64,000 bases of DNA from Myxococcota bacterium (GCA_025054695.1 JANWZI010000009.1:2945-66944); one strand, 5' to 3'. Counted from the stretch's first letter, positions 53,335 to 63,289 are shown. Program-made: numbers and translations. The notes: a model not told the origin generated them from the letters alone.

Positions 53335-53471
53335 TCACTTGAGCGCAGCTGCTTGGGCTCGGGCGCCGGGCTTGCGCCGCGACGCCCGCCGTCGCCGACC
53401 CGTGGCGGAGCGCGTGCGGCGCTGGCACAGTCACCGCTGGCGTGCCCGACAGGCACGCGCGGAGGCGTGGC

Positions 53472-56189
53472 ATGCGTTTGTTGCTTTCCGTGACGTTCGC
53501 GACCGCGGCGGCATCGATGGCGGGCGTCGGGTCGGTCGGGTGCGGTGGGGTCGACGTCGGGCCGCGGGACGGCGGCGCGGATGCCCCGCTCGACGCGGGG
53601 GTCGACGGCGGTTCCTGCGAGGAAAATCCGCTCGGTCCGGGTTGCCCCACGTGTGACGACGATCCGTCGCTACCGTGGTGCCTCGACTGCGACGAAGATC
53701 CCTCGCTGCCCGACTGTCCCTTCGAGGAGCCGACGTTCCGGGGTCCGTCGGCGGACATCGAGGTCATCCGCGACACCCTGGGCATCCCGCACATCTATGC
53801 GGCGACCGACGCCGACGCGATGTTCGCCTCGGGCTACATGCAAGCCGTCGACCGGCTTTTCCAGATGGATTTGCGCCGCCGCCAGGCACTCGGCCGTCAG
53901 GCGGAGCTGTTCGGCGAGGGGCACGCCCGCCAGGACGAGATCCTTCGCACGATGAATCTGCGCGGGCTCGCGCGGTCCACCGCGATCGCGATGCAGCGCG
54001 AGGACCCGGAGCTGTTCGAGCTGCTCGTCGCCTGGACGGCCGGTGTCAACCGGCGCATCGACGAGGTGCTTTCGGGTGCCGCACCGCTTCCCTATGGCTT
54101 CGGCCCCGAGGGGCTCGGCTACCGGCCGGAGCGATGGAGCGTGCTCGACCCGATCGCCATCGGCAAGCTGCTGCTCTTCGGCAACGCGAACCACCTCGAA
54201 TACGAGATTCTCGCGTCGATTCTGCGGCAGTACTTGCCCGAGATCTGGGACAACTTCTCGCTGTTCATCCCGCTCGAAGAGGTCTACACGCTGCCGCCGG
54301 AGCTGCGGCCCGAGTCACCGCGTCCGGGCGGTGGACGAGGCGGTGCTCCGCGCGATCGCACCTCGACGCCGCGTCGTTGGCCTGCGTTTTCGTTCCCGCC
54401 GGACGCGCGGCGGCGGCTCGGCGAGTTCCTCGACGCGATGCGGCCGCTGCGTCCGTGGGCGAGCAACAACTGGGCCGTCGCGGGGCGGCACACGGTCGAC
54501 GGGCGCCCGATGCTCGCCTCCGATCCGCATCAGCCGCTCCGCTCGCCGTCGCTGTTCTGGGCGCACCACATGAGCGCGACCGGTCCCGACGGCCGCACCC
54601 AGGTCATCGGCTGGAGCTTCGTCGGCACGCCGGGCGTGCAGCTCGGCCACAACGACCGCGTCGCGTGGGCCGCGACGACGACGTACGCGGACACGATGGA
54701 CCTGTGGAGCGTGCAGGTCCGGCGCGGCGTCGCGCGCGTCGCCGGGCGTGCCATTCCCGTGCTGCGCCACGAGGAGCGCATCGAGATTCGCGGCGCCGAG
54801 CCCCGCACGCTCGTCGTCGAGCGGGTGCCGGGGCACGGCGTGCTGCTACCCGAGGACCTCTCCCCGTTGCCGATCGGCACGAGCGGTCGCCGGATGCTCT
54901 TCCGCTGGACCGGATTCGACCGGGGCGGCGTGGGGCACGAGTTCCAGACGTTCTACGGCTACGACATTGCCCGCGACGTGCGCGAGTTCGCGGCGGCCGC
55001 CGAGCGCTGCGAGACGTGTCTGTTCAACTTCGTCGCGATCGACGCCACGTCGATGACGTACCGCAGCGTTCCGCGCGTCCCGGTCCGCATGCCGGACTCG
55101 TTCGACCGCGTCCCGTACGCCATTCTCGACGGCGACGACGAGACGACCTTCTGGACGCGTGGCGACTTGCCACTCGAACGGCTCGTACGCTTCGAGGGCG
55201 AGCCGCGCGGCTGGATCGCGACCGCCAACAACGACCCGTTCGGCTTCATCGCGGACGGCGAGGTGCTCGGCGATCCGTGGTACTTCGGGGTGTTCTTCGA
55301 TCCGGGCACGCGCGCGCGGCGCATCGAGGACGAGCTGCAGCGCCTGGTCGCGCGCGGCCGCATCACGCTCGAGGACATGCAGGCCTTGCAGACGGACACC
55401 CACAGCATCCTGGCCGATCACGTCCTCGAGCTGCTCGAGCGCGCCTGGGAGCGGCTGCCGACGGATCCGGACCTCGCGCCCTACCGCGACCGCGCGGATC
55501 TGGCGGCGCTTCGCGACGTACTGCGTCGATGGAATCGCCGGATGGACCGCAGTGAGCCGGGCGCGGTCGTCTTCGAGGGGCTGCTGTTCCTGCTCGACTC
55601 GCGCACGCTCGGCGACGAGCTGTCGCTGCTGTTCGATGCGGTGATGAGCGCCTCGCCGACGACCGTGCACAAGTGGGCCCTGCTCGCACTCAAAGGGCGC
55701 TTCGAGAACGCGGAGATGCTGGTGCCCGAAGGGCCGCACGTCGTGGTGATGCGCGCGCTCGCCGAGACGGCCGACTGGCTTCGGTCGCGGTTCGGCGGCA
55801 TCGAGCCCGAGCGATACCGGTGGGCCGACCTCCACGAGACGTGTTTCGGAGCGGATATCGCCGGGCTCGAGGTGCCGTGCGTCCCGACCGACGGCGCGGA
55901 CGGAACGGTGGACGTCTCCGAGGGCGAGCTGTTCGGCCCGGATGGGTTCCGCGAGAAGGTCCAGTCGGGCGCGGGGGCCATCTTCCGCGCCGTGTACCGG
56001 ATTCGGGACGACGGCACGCCCGAGGTATGGGCGAACTTCCCCCGCGGCAACGTCGGCGACCCGCGCAGCCCGCATTTCTCCGATTTGCTCGAGGACTGGG
56101 TGGAAGGCCGGTATCGTCGGCTTCCGTTCCGGCGTGACGAGGTCGAGGCGGCCGCCGTCGAACGGCTCACCATCGCGCGTTCGCCCTGA
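53472..56189 (+). CDS. Penicillin acylase family Ntn-hydrolase, probable lipoprotein
   Basis: RDTLGIPHIYA, QAVDRLFQMD, ASNNWAVAG, LASDPH, IATANND, PRGNVGDPRSPHFSD. Confidence 0.92.
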   Translation: MRLLLSVTFATAAASMAGVGSVGCGGVDVGPRDGGADAPLDAGVDGGSCEENPLGPGCPTCDDDPSLPWCLDCDEDPSLPDCPFEEPTFRGPSADIEVIRDTLGIPHIYAATDADAMFASGYMQAVDRLFQMDLRRRQALGRQAELFGEGHARQDEILRTMNLRGLARSTAIAMQREDPELFELLVAWTAGVNRRIDEVLSGAAPLPYGFGPEGLGYRPERWSVLDPIAIGKLLLFGNANHLEYEILASILRQYLPEIWDNFSLFIPLEEVYTLPPELRPESPRPGGGRGGAPRDRTSTPRRWPAFSFPPDARRRLGEFLDAMRPLRPWASNNWAVAGRHTVDGRPMLASDPHQPLRSPSLFWAHHMSATGPDGRTQVIGWSFVGTPGVQLGHNDRVAWAATTTYADTMDLWSVQVRRGVARVAGRAIPVLRHEERIEIRGAEPRTLVVERVPGHGVLLPEDLSPLPIGTSGRRMLFRWTGFDRGGVGHEFQTFYGYDIARDVREFAAAAERCETCLFNFVAIDATSMTYRSVPRVPVRMPDSFDRVPYAILDGDDETTFWTRGDLPLERLVRFEGEPRGWIATANNDPFGFIADGEVLGDPWYFGVFFDPGTRARRIEDELQRLVARGRITLEDMQALQTDTHSILADHVLELLERAWERLPTDPDLAPYRDRADLAALRDVLRRWNRRMDRSEPGAVVFEGLLFLLDSRTLGDELSLLFDAVMSASPTTVHKWALLALKGRFENAEMLVPEGPHVVVMRALAETADWLRSRFGGIEPERYRWADLHETCFGADIAGLEVPCVPTDGADGTVDVSEGELFGPDGFREKVQSGAGAIFRAVYRIRDDGTPEVWANFPRGNVGDPRSPHFSDLLEDWVEGRYRRLPFRRDEVEAAAVERLTIARSP

Positions 56190-56215
56190 TCTCACCGGGC
56201 CGGGACGAGGGCGGG

Positions 56216-56294
56216 CGGACCGTCACGTCGACGTTCCGAAGCGGGAGTGCCACCGTCGCGCAACCGGACCGTCACGTCGGTACCGGACGGTCAC
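56216..56294 (+). promoter_or_regulatory. Direct repeats upstream of the response regulator (possible operator)
   Basis: CGGACCGTCACGTCG at 56216-56230 and 56265-56279, plus partial CCGGACGGTCAC at 56283-56294. Confidence 0.45.
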
Positions 56295-56303
56295 CTGCCC
56301 GAC

Positions 56304-57020
56304 GTGGCGTCGGTGCTCGTCGTCGATCCCGACCCCAAGGTCGCCCAGGCGATCCGGCCGCGGCTACGTGAAGCCGGGATCGGGACCGACTCGGTCGCCT
56401 CGGCGGCCGGGGCGTTGCACCGGCTCGCTCCCCATCCGCCGAATCTGCTGCTCACCGAGATCGTGCTCCCGGATCTGCCGGGAACCGAGCTGTTGCGACG
56501 CATTCGCGCGCGCGCCGAAACGAGGCGGCTGCCCGTCATCGTCGTCTCGGAGCGCGCGGCCGAGGTCGACCGCGTCGTCGCCTTCGAGCTCGGCGCGGAC
56601 GATTTCGTCGCCAAGCCGTTCAGCGCCCACGAGCTGGCGCTCCGCATCCGCGCCGTGCTCCGCAGGGCGACGACGCTCGCCGCTCCAGCCTCTCCGACGA
56701 TCGTCGCGGGCTCGCTCGTCCTCGACCTCGAGGTGCCCAATCTGCGGATCGACGGCCGGAGCGTGCCGCTTTCTCCGACGGAGCTGCGTCTGCTCTCGGA
56801 GCTGATCCGTCACCCCGGTCGAGTGCTTTCGAGGCAGGCGTTGCTGACCGCGGTATGGCCGCGTCCGACGACCACCGACCGTCGGGCGGTGGACACCGCG
56901 GTGCGAAGGCTTCGCGCTCGCCTCGGCCCGCTGGGCGACCGCATCGAGACCGTACGCGGCTTCGGCTATCGCTGGCGCCCGGACGAATCTGCCTCCGATC
57001 ATCGGCGGGCGGCCGGTTGA
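56304..57020 (+). CDS. OmpR/PhoB-family response regulator with atypical receiver
   Basis: ELGADDFVAKPF, LSPTELRLL, RAVDTAVRRLR, IETVRGFGY; phospho-Asp position reads LLTEIVLP. Confidence 0.88.
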   Translation: MASVLVVDPDPKVAQAIRPRLREAGIGTDSVASAAGALHRLAPHPPNLLLTEIVLPDLPGTELLRRIRARAETRRLPVIVVSERAAEVDRVVAFELGADDFVAKPFSAHELALRIRAVLRRATTLAAPASPTIVAGSLVLDLEVPNLRIDGRSVPLSPTELRLLSELIRHPGRVLSRQALLTAVWPRPTTTDRRAVDTAVRRLRARLGPLGDRIETVRGFGYRWRPDESASDHRRAAG

Positions 57021-57042
57021 GCGAACGGGCGAATCTCGGATG

Positions 57043-57174
57043 GAGCTCCAGTCGCAGTCGGAGCCCGAGACAGAGTCCGAGACCGAGTCCGAGACCGAGA
57101 CAGAGTCCGAGCCTGTGACCGAGCCCGTGACCGACCCCGTGACCGAGTCCGAGCCCGAGACCGACTTGGATCCG
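57043..57174 (+). repeat. Degenerate hexamer array R12 (22 units)
   Basis: gagcccgagacagagtccgagaccgagtcc... Confidence 0.9.
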
Positions 57175-57236
57175 GCGATTGCGTTGCAGCGCGTCCGCGA
57201 ACCGCGGGCGGGCCGCGTGATGTATGGTCGCGCCCG

Positions 57237-58556
57237 ATGGAGATCCTTTTCATCAGCGACGCGGTGGCTCCGTTCGGAACCGGTTGGGCCGCCGAGGCCG
57301 CCGCGTGTCTCGGCAAGGCGCTGCGCTCGTCCGGGCACCGCGTGACGGTCGTCTGCCCGCTGCCGCCGGGAATCGACCCGGTGCGCCGTTCGCTCTCGCG
57401 GCGTCTGACGCGGCTCGAGGGGCAAGGCGACGGGGGGCGAGTGAGCTTCGACGTCTACGAGGGCCGCACGCCCGGTGGTGTCGAGACGGTGCTTCTCGGC
57501 GCCCAGGGTCACTCGTGCGACGTGGCATCGGAGCCGTCGATGGGCGCGGCGTTCGCGGACGCCGTCGTACGGCTCGTGAAGCAGCGTACTGCCGCGCCGG
57601 ACATCGTGCACGCGGAGGGCCGAGCCGGTGCGGCGGCGCTCGTTGCATTCGATTCGGACGAGGCTCCCGCCGCGCCACGGATCCTCGTGGTGCGGCCGGG
57701 CGACGCGGATGACGAGCGCACGGCCCGCGCGCTCGCCGTCGCCGACGCGCTCGTGGTTCCGTCTCCGACGGTCGCTCGCCGACTGCGCGAAGAGGACTCC
57801 GAGCAGGGACCCCTGGCGGCCTTCGTTCGCGAGGGGCGCGGCCCCGTCGTCGGCATCCTCGATGGCCTGGACGCCGCAGTCTGGAACCCAATGACCGATC
57901 CGCTTCTGCCCGCGCGCTTCGATGCGTTCGACCGCGCGGGCAAGTCCACCTGCCGCATCGAGCTGCAGCGCCGTCTCGAGCTCCCGCTGCGCGCGGACAT
58001 TCCCCTGGTCGCGGCTCTGGTCGGCGCGGCCGATGGCGGCTGGCAGCTCCTCGAGGCGACGGCGCCGCGGATTCTGCGCAACGAGCTCGAGCTCGTCCTG
58101 CTGCTCGACGGGCCGCCCGATGATCCCCGATTCGAGCGGCTGCGCGCCGTGGCGGCGCGCTATTCCGAGCGGTGCGCCGCGGTCGGCGCCAGCGCGGAGC
58201 TCCTTCACCGCGCGATTGCCGCGGCCGACGTCGTGCTGTGTCCCCCCGCGGGTGCCCCTGGTACTTCGCTGCACCTGTCTGCGTGTCGCTACGGCGCTCT
58301 GCCCGTCGTGCGGCGCACGCCATGGACTGCGGATGCCCTCGTCGATTGCGATCCCGCGCTCGAGACGGGCGATGCGTTCTTCTTCGACCGCGTCGACGAA
58401 GAGGAATGGCTCGCCACCGTTCGCCGTGCCGTGGCTGCGTTCCATCGGGGCGCGCGTTTCGAGGCGCGGCGCACCCACGTCATGCGCCGGGATCACTCCT
58501 GGGATCGGGCCGCCCGCCAGTACGAGGCGCTGTACCGCCGCCTCACCGCCGGCTGA
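57237..58556 (+). CDS. Glycogen synthase (GlgA/GT5)-like protein with degenerate catalytic motifs
   Basis: MEILFISDAVAPF, PDIVHA, GILDGLDAAVWNPMTD, RYGALPVVRRT, DHSWDRAARQYEALY. Confidence 0.82.
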   Translation: MEILFISDAVAPFGTGWAAEAAACLGKALRSSGHRVTVVCPLPPGIDPVRRSLSRRLTRLEGQGDGGRVSFDVYEGRTPGGVETVLLGAQGHSCDVASEPSMGAAFADAVVRLVKQRTAAPDIVHAEGRAGAAALVAFDSDEAPAAPRILVVRPGDADDERTARALAVADALVVPSPTVARRLREEDSEQGPLAAFVREGRGPVVGILDGLDAAVWNPMTDPLLPARFDAFDRAGKSTCRIELQRRLELPLRADIPLVAALVGAADGGWQLLEATAPRILRNELELVLLLDGPPDDPRFERLRAVAARYSERCAAVGASAELLHRAIAAADVVLCPPAGAPGTSLHLSACRYGALPVVRRTPWTADALVDCDPALETGDAFFFDRVDEEEWLATVRRAVAAFHRGARFEARRTHVMRRDHSWDRAARQYEALYRRLTAG

Positions 58557-58578
58557 CGTCGGTCGGGGTTCGATCGCC

Positions 58579-58705
58579 GGACTCGGCCTCCGGCTCGGGC
58601 TCGGGCTCGGGCTCGGACTCTGTCTCGGTCTCGGTCTCGGTCTCCGACTCGGACTCGGTCTCGGTCTCGGTCTCCGACTCGGACTCGGCCTCCGGCTCGG
58701 ACTCG
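58579..58705 (-). repeat. Degenerate hexamer array R13 (about 21 units)
   Basis: ctcggg/ctcggt/ctcgga run after the glgA-like stop. Confidence 0.9.
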
Positions 58706-58765
58706 CACGCGGTCCCGAGCGACCCCTCTTGTCGGTGTGCACGCATCGGCGCGACGCTGGGCCCG

Positions 58766-60199
58766 GTGCTCGCTGCCGTCATCGGCTGGATCGCCGCATC
58801 GTTCGCCGTCCCGGCTCGCGCCGAGCCCGACGCCGGTGCGGATGCCGGTTCCGCCTATTGTCCGCCGGACGTCGTCGAATGCCACGGCGAGCCGCTGGAC
58901 TTCGAATGGAGCGAGGCGGCGTTCGAGGGCATCGATCTCGACACGGGCTGGGTGCCCCCCGACGGCGCGATCCAGCTCCGCTTCGGGCTGCGCGCAGCCG
59001 GGCGCACGCGCATCGCGATGGGCACCACGGGCGCGCTGTGGTGGCCCGCGCCCATCGAGGCATCCCTCGTGGGCAGGCGCGGCGGCGGTCGACTCGAGAT
59101 CGATTACGGTCTCGAGATCACCGCGCGGCTGCGGTTCGACGTCGAGGTGGCGGGTTCCCGCTACCGCTGGGAAGGCGACATCCCCCTGCCCGGCGGGATT
59201 CCGCGCGACCTGGCGGCCTCGGCGAGCGGAACGTTCGACCCGCTGCTGCTTCCCGGTGCGTCGGATCGCCCGGTCGAGGTGTCCGATGCGACGGGCCGCA
59301 TCCGGCTCTTGCGCTACGACGCCATCGGGGCGGTCGTCTCGATTCCCGGTGTCGGTGGCGGAGTCGCCGCCGACGTGTCCGTCCGTCTGGACGCGCGCTA
59401 CGCGACCGATCGCGTCGAGGTGCGCACGGGGCGCGTCATCGAGCGCGAGGGGGCCGCTTCGGTGCTCTCGCCGCCGACCGGTTCCATCGACGGGTTCGGC
59501 GGCTCCGTGTCGGTGGGCTTCGGCCCGGTCGGCACGCTCGAGCGCGAGGTCTGGTTGACGGTCTATCCGACGCTCTACCTCGAGATCGTCGGCCGGCGTT
59601 TCGACTACACGATCGCCACCATCGAAGCGCGCGTCGCGGCGGAGCGCACGGAGGTGCGTTTCGAACCGCGTACGCTGCACGCGGCGCTCCCCGACGCCGA
59701 CGTCACTCCCTTGGAGATGGATTTCGGCCCGGTTCCGGTCGGCGGTCGCGCCGAGCGCTTCGTCGACGTCTTCGACGACGGCGAGGCGCCACTTCGAGTG
59801 ACGGCCGCCGAGCCCGAGGGGCCGTTCGAGGTCGACCCGCTGGCGCTCGACGTCGAACCGCACGCCACGCGACGCCTGTCGGTCCGTTTCGCCCCGCTCC
59901 ACGCCGGGCCCCACGCCTCGACGTTGCTGCTGTCGACGAACGACCCGGACGAGCCGCTGCTCGCGGTGCGGCTTCGCGGAGAAGGTGTCGCCGTGGATGG
60001 CGGCGTTCCCGACGCGGGCGCGGACGCGGCGCCGGAGGCTTCGGGAATGCCGGGCCCGTACCGGCCGGCGAGCGCGGGAGGATGCGGCTGTCGTCTGGGT
60101 CGGCCGCGCTCGTGGCTCGTCGAGGGGACGTCGGTCGTGGCGTTGGCCTTCGTGGCCTGCGCCCGACGTCCACGGCGCCCCCGGCACGTGCGTCGCTAG
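58766..60199 (+). CDS. Secreted protein with Ig-like domain and MYXO-CTERM-like sorting tail; start uncertain
   Basis: Signal ending PARA; MDFGPVPVG..VRFAP..LSTNDPDEP..LRGEG; tail GGCGC + hydrophobic segment + RRPRR. Confidence 0.75.
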   Translation: MLAAVIGWIAASFAVPARAEPDAGADAGSAYCPPDVVECHGEPLDFEWSEAAFEGIDLDTGWVPPDGAIQLRFGLRAAGRTRIAMGTTGALWWPAPIEASLVGRRGGGRLEIDYGLEITARLRFDVEVAGSRYRWEGDIPLPGGIPRDLAASASGTFDPLLLPGASDRPVEVSDATGRIRLLRYDAIGAVVSIPGVGGGVAADVSVRLDARYATDRVEVRTGRVIEREGAASVLSPPTGSIDGFGGSVSVGFGPVGTLEREVWLTVYPTLYLEIVGRRFDYTIATIEARVAAERTEVRFEPRTLHAALPDADVTPLEMDFGPVPVGGRAERFVDVFDDGEAPLRVTAAEPEGPFEVDPLALDVEPHATRRLSVRFAPLHAGPHASTLLLSTNDPDEPLLAVRLRGEGVAVDGGVPDAGADAAPEASGMPGPYRPASAGGCGCRLGRPRSWLVEGTSVVALAFVACARRPRRPRHVRR

Positions 60200-61389
60200 C
60201 GGAGCGTCGCGACCGCGTCCCGGATGCGTTGCAATCCCCGCTCGAGCAGGGGCATCGCGGTCGCGTAACTGAAACGAATGTAACCTGGCTCACCAAACGC
60301 GGTTCCCGGCACCGCCGCGCACAGCGCGTCCTCGAGCAGGAAACTGGCGACATCGGTGTCGTCGCGCAGCTCGCGCTGGCCCCAGCGGCGGCCGAGCAGC
60401 CCCCGGACGTCGGCGAACGCGTAAAAGGCCCCCTCCGGCACGGCGCACCGGATGCCGTCGATGGAATCGAGTCCCGCGACCAGCACGTCGCGCCGCCTGC
60501 GGAATTCGTCGCGCATGCGCTGCAACGGTTCGCGCGCCCCGGTCAAGGCCGCCAGCGCCGCGTGCTGCGCGACTGCGGTCGGATTGCTCGTCGACTGCCC
60601 CTGGACGAGCTCGCACGCGCGCACGAGCGATCGCGGCCCGATCAGCCATCCGATGCGCCAGCCCGTCATCGCGAACGTCTTGCTCACTCCGTCGACAACG
60701 ACGACGCGTTCGCGCAGGTCGGGAGCCACCGAGAGCAACGAAACGTGGGAACGGCCGTCGTAGACGAGCTCACCGTAGATTTCGTCAAGCACGATCCACG
60801 CGTCGATCCGGCGCAGGACCTCGGCGAGGGCGGCCAGTTCCGCCGCGTCGTAGGCCGCGCCCGTCGGGTTGCTGGGACTGCACAAGACGACCGCGCGCGT
60901 GCGCGGGCTCGCGGCGGCGGCCAGCGCTTCGGGCGTCAGCCGGAAACGCGGCCCCTCGGTGCGCACGACGACCGGCCGGGCACCGAGCAGCCGGGCGTGC
61001 TCCGGGTAGCTCACCCAGTACGGCGACGGAATGATCACCTCGTCGTCGGGCTCGTAGAGGGCGAGCGCCAGATTGAACAGCGCGTGCTTGGCACCGACGG
61101 TGACGAGCACTTCGTCCGGTTCGTGGCGCACGCCCCGGCGCCGCGCGCTGTCTTCGGCGACGGCGGCGCGCAGCTCCGCGATGCCCGCGACGGCTGTGTA
61201 GTGCGACGCATGGGCCGTGGCGCGCCGCGCCGCCTCCAGGACGTGCTCGGGCGGGTCGAAGTCCGGCTCGCCGAGCGCGAACGAGATGACGTCGCGCCCT
61301 GCGGCGCGCAGCGTCGCCGCGCGCTGCGCGACGTGCAGCGTGGCCGACGGCTCGATGCCCGCCAGGCGCGCCGCGAGGGTCGTGCTCAT
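60196..61389 (-). CDS. Class I/II PLP-dependent (aspartate) aminotransferase
   Basis: GEPDF, GAKHAL, PYWVSY, SPSNPTG, DEIY, SKTFAMTGWRIG, VPGTAFG. Confidence 0.95.
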   Translation of the reverse strand: MSTTLAARLAGIEPSATLHVAQRAATLRAAGRDVISFALGEPDFDPPEHVLEAARRATAHASHYTAVAGIAELRAAVAEDSARRRGVRHEPDEVLVTVGAKHALFNLALALYEPDDEVIIPSPYWVSYPEHARLLGARPVVVRTEGPRFRLTPEALAAAASPRTRAVVLCSPSNPTGAAYDAAELAALAEVLRRIDAWIVLDEIYGELVYDGRSHVSLLSVAPDLRERVVVVDGVSKTFAMTGWRIGWLIGPRSLVRACELVQGQSTSNPTAVAQHAALAALTGAREPLQRMRDEFRRRRDVLVAGLDSIDGIRCAVPEGAFYAFADVRGLLGRRWGQRELRDDTDVASFLLEDALCAAVPGTAFGEPGYIRFSYATAMPLLERGLQRIRDAVATLR

Positions 61390-61464
61390 CGCGCCTCGCT
61401 TCATATCACGCGCTGCGCTGCCGCCCCATCCACGGTCGGCGCGAGGGGCGGGCCCGAGGGGGGG

Positions 61465-61683
61465 TCCGAGTCCGAGGCCGTGTCGGAGTCCGTGTCCGAG
61501 TCCGAGACCGAGACCGAGACCGAGTCCGCGCCCGAATCCGAGCCCGGGTCCGAGTCCGAGGCGAAGCCCGAGTCCGAGGCAGAGCCCGAGACCGAGACCG
61601 AGACCGAGTCCGAGTCAGAGACCGAGACCGAGTTCGAGTCCGAGACCGAGTCCGAGTCCGAGTCCGAGTCCGAGTTGGAACCG
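61465..61683 (+). repeat. Degenerate hexamer array R14 (about 36 units, the longest)
   Basis: Long tccgag/accgag/cccgag run upstream of the aminotransferase. Confidence 0.92.
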
Positions 61684-62085
61684 CCATCAGACGACGTGAC
61701 TTCCGCTGTCAGTGACCGGAGCCGAGCCAGGTGCACATTCGGATGCCCGAGTCGTTCCGTCGTCCGCCCCGGCGTCCGCGACCCATGATCGGGGCCGCAC
61801 GAGCACCCTCCCGGCTCCTTGGTGGCTCGTTCCACGGCTCGAGGCAAACAAGCATGGCAAAATCGAAAGAAAATCCGGTAGATGCAGTCGCGTCGGTAGC
61901 GCCGGCGGCGTAACATGACAGTGTCTTGAATACAGTGTGATACGGTTGCTGTGGGGGTGGACTGTCGGCGCGAATAAAGGCGGCGGAGACGCCGTCCTCG
62001 GCGTCAGTCGCATCCGGTCCGTCCGTCACCGTTCGCGCCGGCGGGACGACGCATGAAGCGGTTACGAAGGAAAGGAGATAGAAAA

Positions 62086-63279
62086 ATGCCTCCCAGCGGA
62101 TACGATGGAACGAACGGTTGGATGAGGTGGTGGGCAGCCCGCTTCGCGGCGCGCGTCGGTGGGGGTGACGGCGAGGGCGGCTCGGCCGCCTTCGACGGCA
62201 CGGAGGACGGCGCACGGAGCCTGCCCGAGGGTTACGACGGCGGCGACTTGCGGGACGAGACCGGCACGGCGCACTCGTGTGGGCACGAGTCGCGCGCGGC
62301 GAGAGATGAGGCAGATGCCTCGGAACGTGAGGAGCCGGGGGAGGCTGCTGCGTGGGTCGCGTTCCCGTGGGAACAGCCCGGCCCGTCGAGCGGACGCAAA
62401 TGGGCCGCGCTCGACGAATCGGACGTCCGAGGGCACGCCGTGGACGACGCACGAGCACGGCTGCGGTTCCGCCTTGCCTCGCTCCGGTGGCGGGCGTGGA
62501 ACCTGCGGCGGAGCGTCGTGTTTCCGCTTTTGGAGCCACGAATCCAGCACGACCGCTTCGAGATTCCGTTCGACGCCGAGCGGAGACGGAGAGCTCTCGT
62601 ACCCCTCGACGTGTCCTCGGGGACGGAGGCCGGTTCGGTGCGTGCCTCCTCCAGCGTGTCGTCCGAGCGTTGCGTCTGCCGGTCGTGGCGCCCCGGGGTC
62701 GGGGTGGACATTCAGGCCACCGAGCCGGCGGCTCGACTCCACGTCGGTCGAACGTTCGATTGGATGCACGGTCGGGTGCGGGTCGTGGAAACCCCTCGTG
62801 GCGGTCACCCGTTCTTCGAGCCCTCCTGGTGGTGGTTCACCCGTAGCCCCCGACACGAGGTGGCTGCGCTCTGGCTCGTCGTGTCGGACGAATCCGTGCT
62901 CGGCTGGGGAGACCGAATCGCATCGCAACTCGAGGGGCTCGGCCGTGTCATGCTCGCCGGAGCGTCGCGGGTGCTCGAAATTCCGGGGTTCCTGCTCGGG
63001 GTCCAGCACGTCGTCGGCGCGCGCGCGGTGGTGGTTTACGACCGCTCGACGCAACTCGAGCAGGCGCCCGCCATGGCGCTCGAGGACTGGCCGCGAATCC
63101 TGTCCGAGGGCGTCAGGGCGCTCGAACGCTGCACGTGCGACGCCGACGCGCCGCGGGGTGTCCATGCACGAAGCGAGCAGCGGGTGCGCGCGGCCCGCAC
63201 GAACGAGGAGGGAATCGCGCTCGCACGACGGCTGCTCGAGCTCGAAGGAGCGCCGACGACGCGGACCCGGGTGACATGA
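62086..63279 (+). CDS. Hypothetical protein, no family recognised
   Basis: AAGGAG 8 nt before the ATG at 62086; open for 397 codons; Trp-rich. Confidence 0.45.
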   Translation: MPPSGYDGTNGWMRWWAARFAARVGGGDGEGGSAAFDGTEDGARSLPEGYDGGDLRDETGTAHSCGHESRAARDEADASEREEPGEAAAWVAFPWEQPGPSSGRKWAALDESDVRGHAVDDARARLRFRLASLRWRAWNLRRSVVFPLLEPRIQHDRFEIPFDAERRRRALVPLDVSSGTEAGSVRASSSVSSERCVCRSWRPGVGVDIQATEPAARLHVGRTFDWMHGRVRVVETPRGGHPFFEPSWWWFTRSPRHEVAALWLVVSDESVLGWGDRIASQLEGLGRVMLAGASRVLEIPGFLLGVQHVVGARAVVVYDRSTQLEQAPAMALEDWPRILSEGVRALERCTCDADAPRGVHARSEQRVRAARTNEEGIALARRLLELEGAPTTRTRVT

Positions 63280-63289
63280 TCGCGGGCTG

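Noticed and set aside
58172-58765. Ser-Asp/Ser-Val repeat N-terminus on the MYXO-CTERM-like protein (Sdr-like)
   Set aside because: The extension overlaps the glgA-like gene and would precede the signal peptide; better explained as intergenic array R13 lacking stop codons
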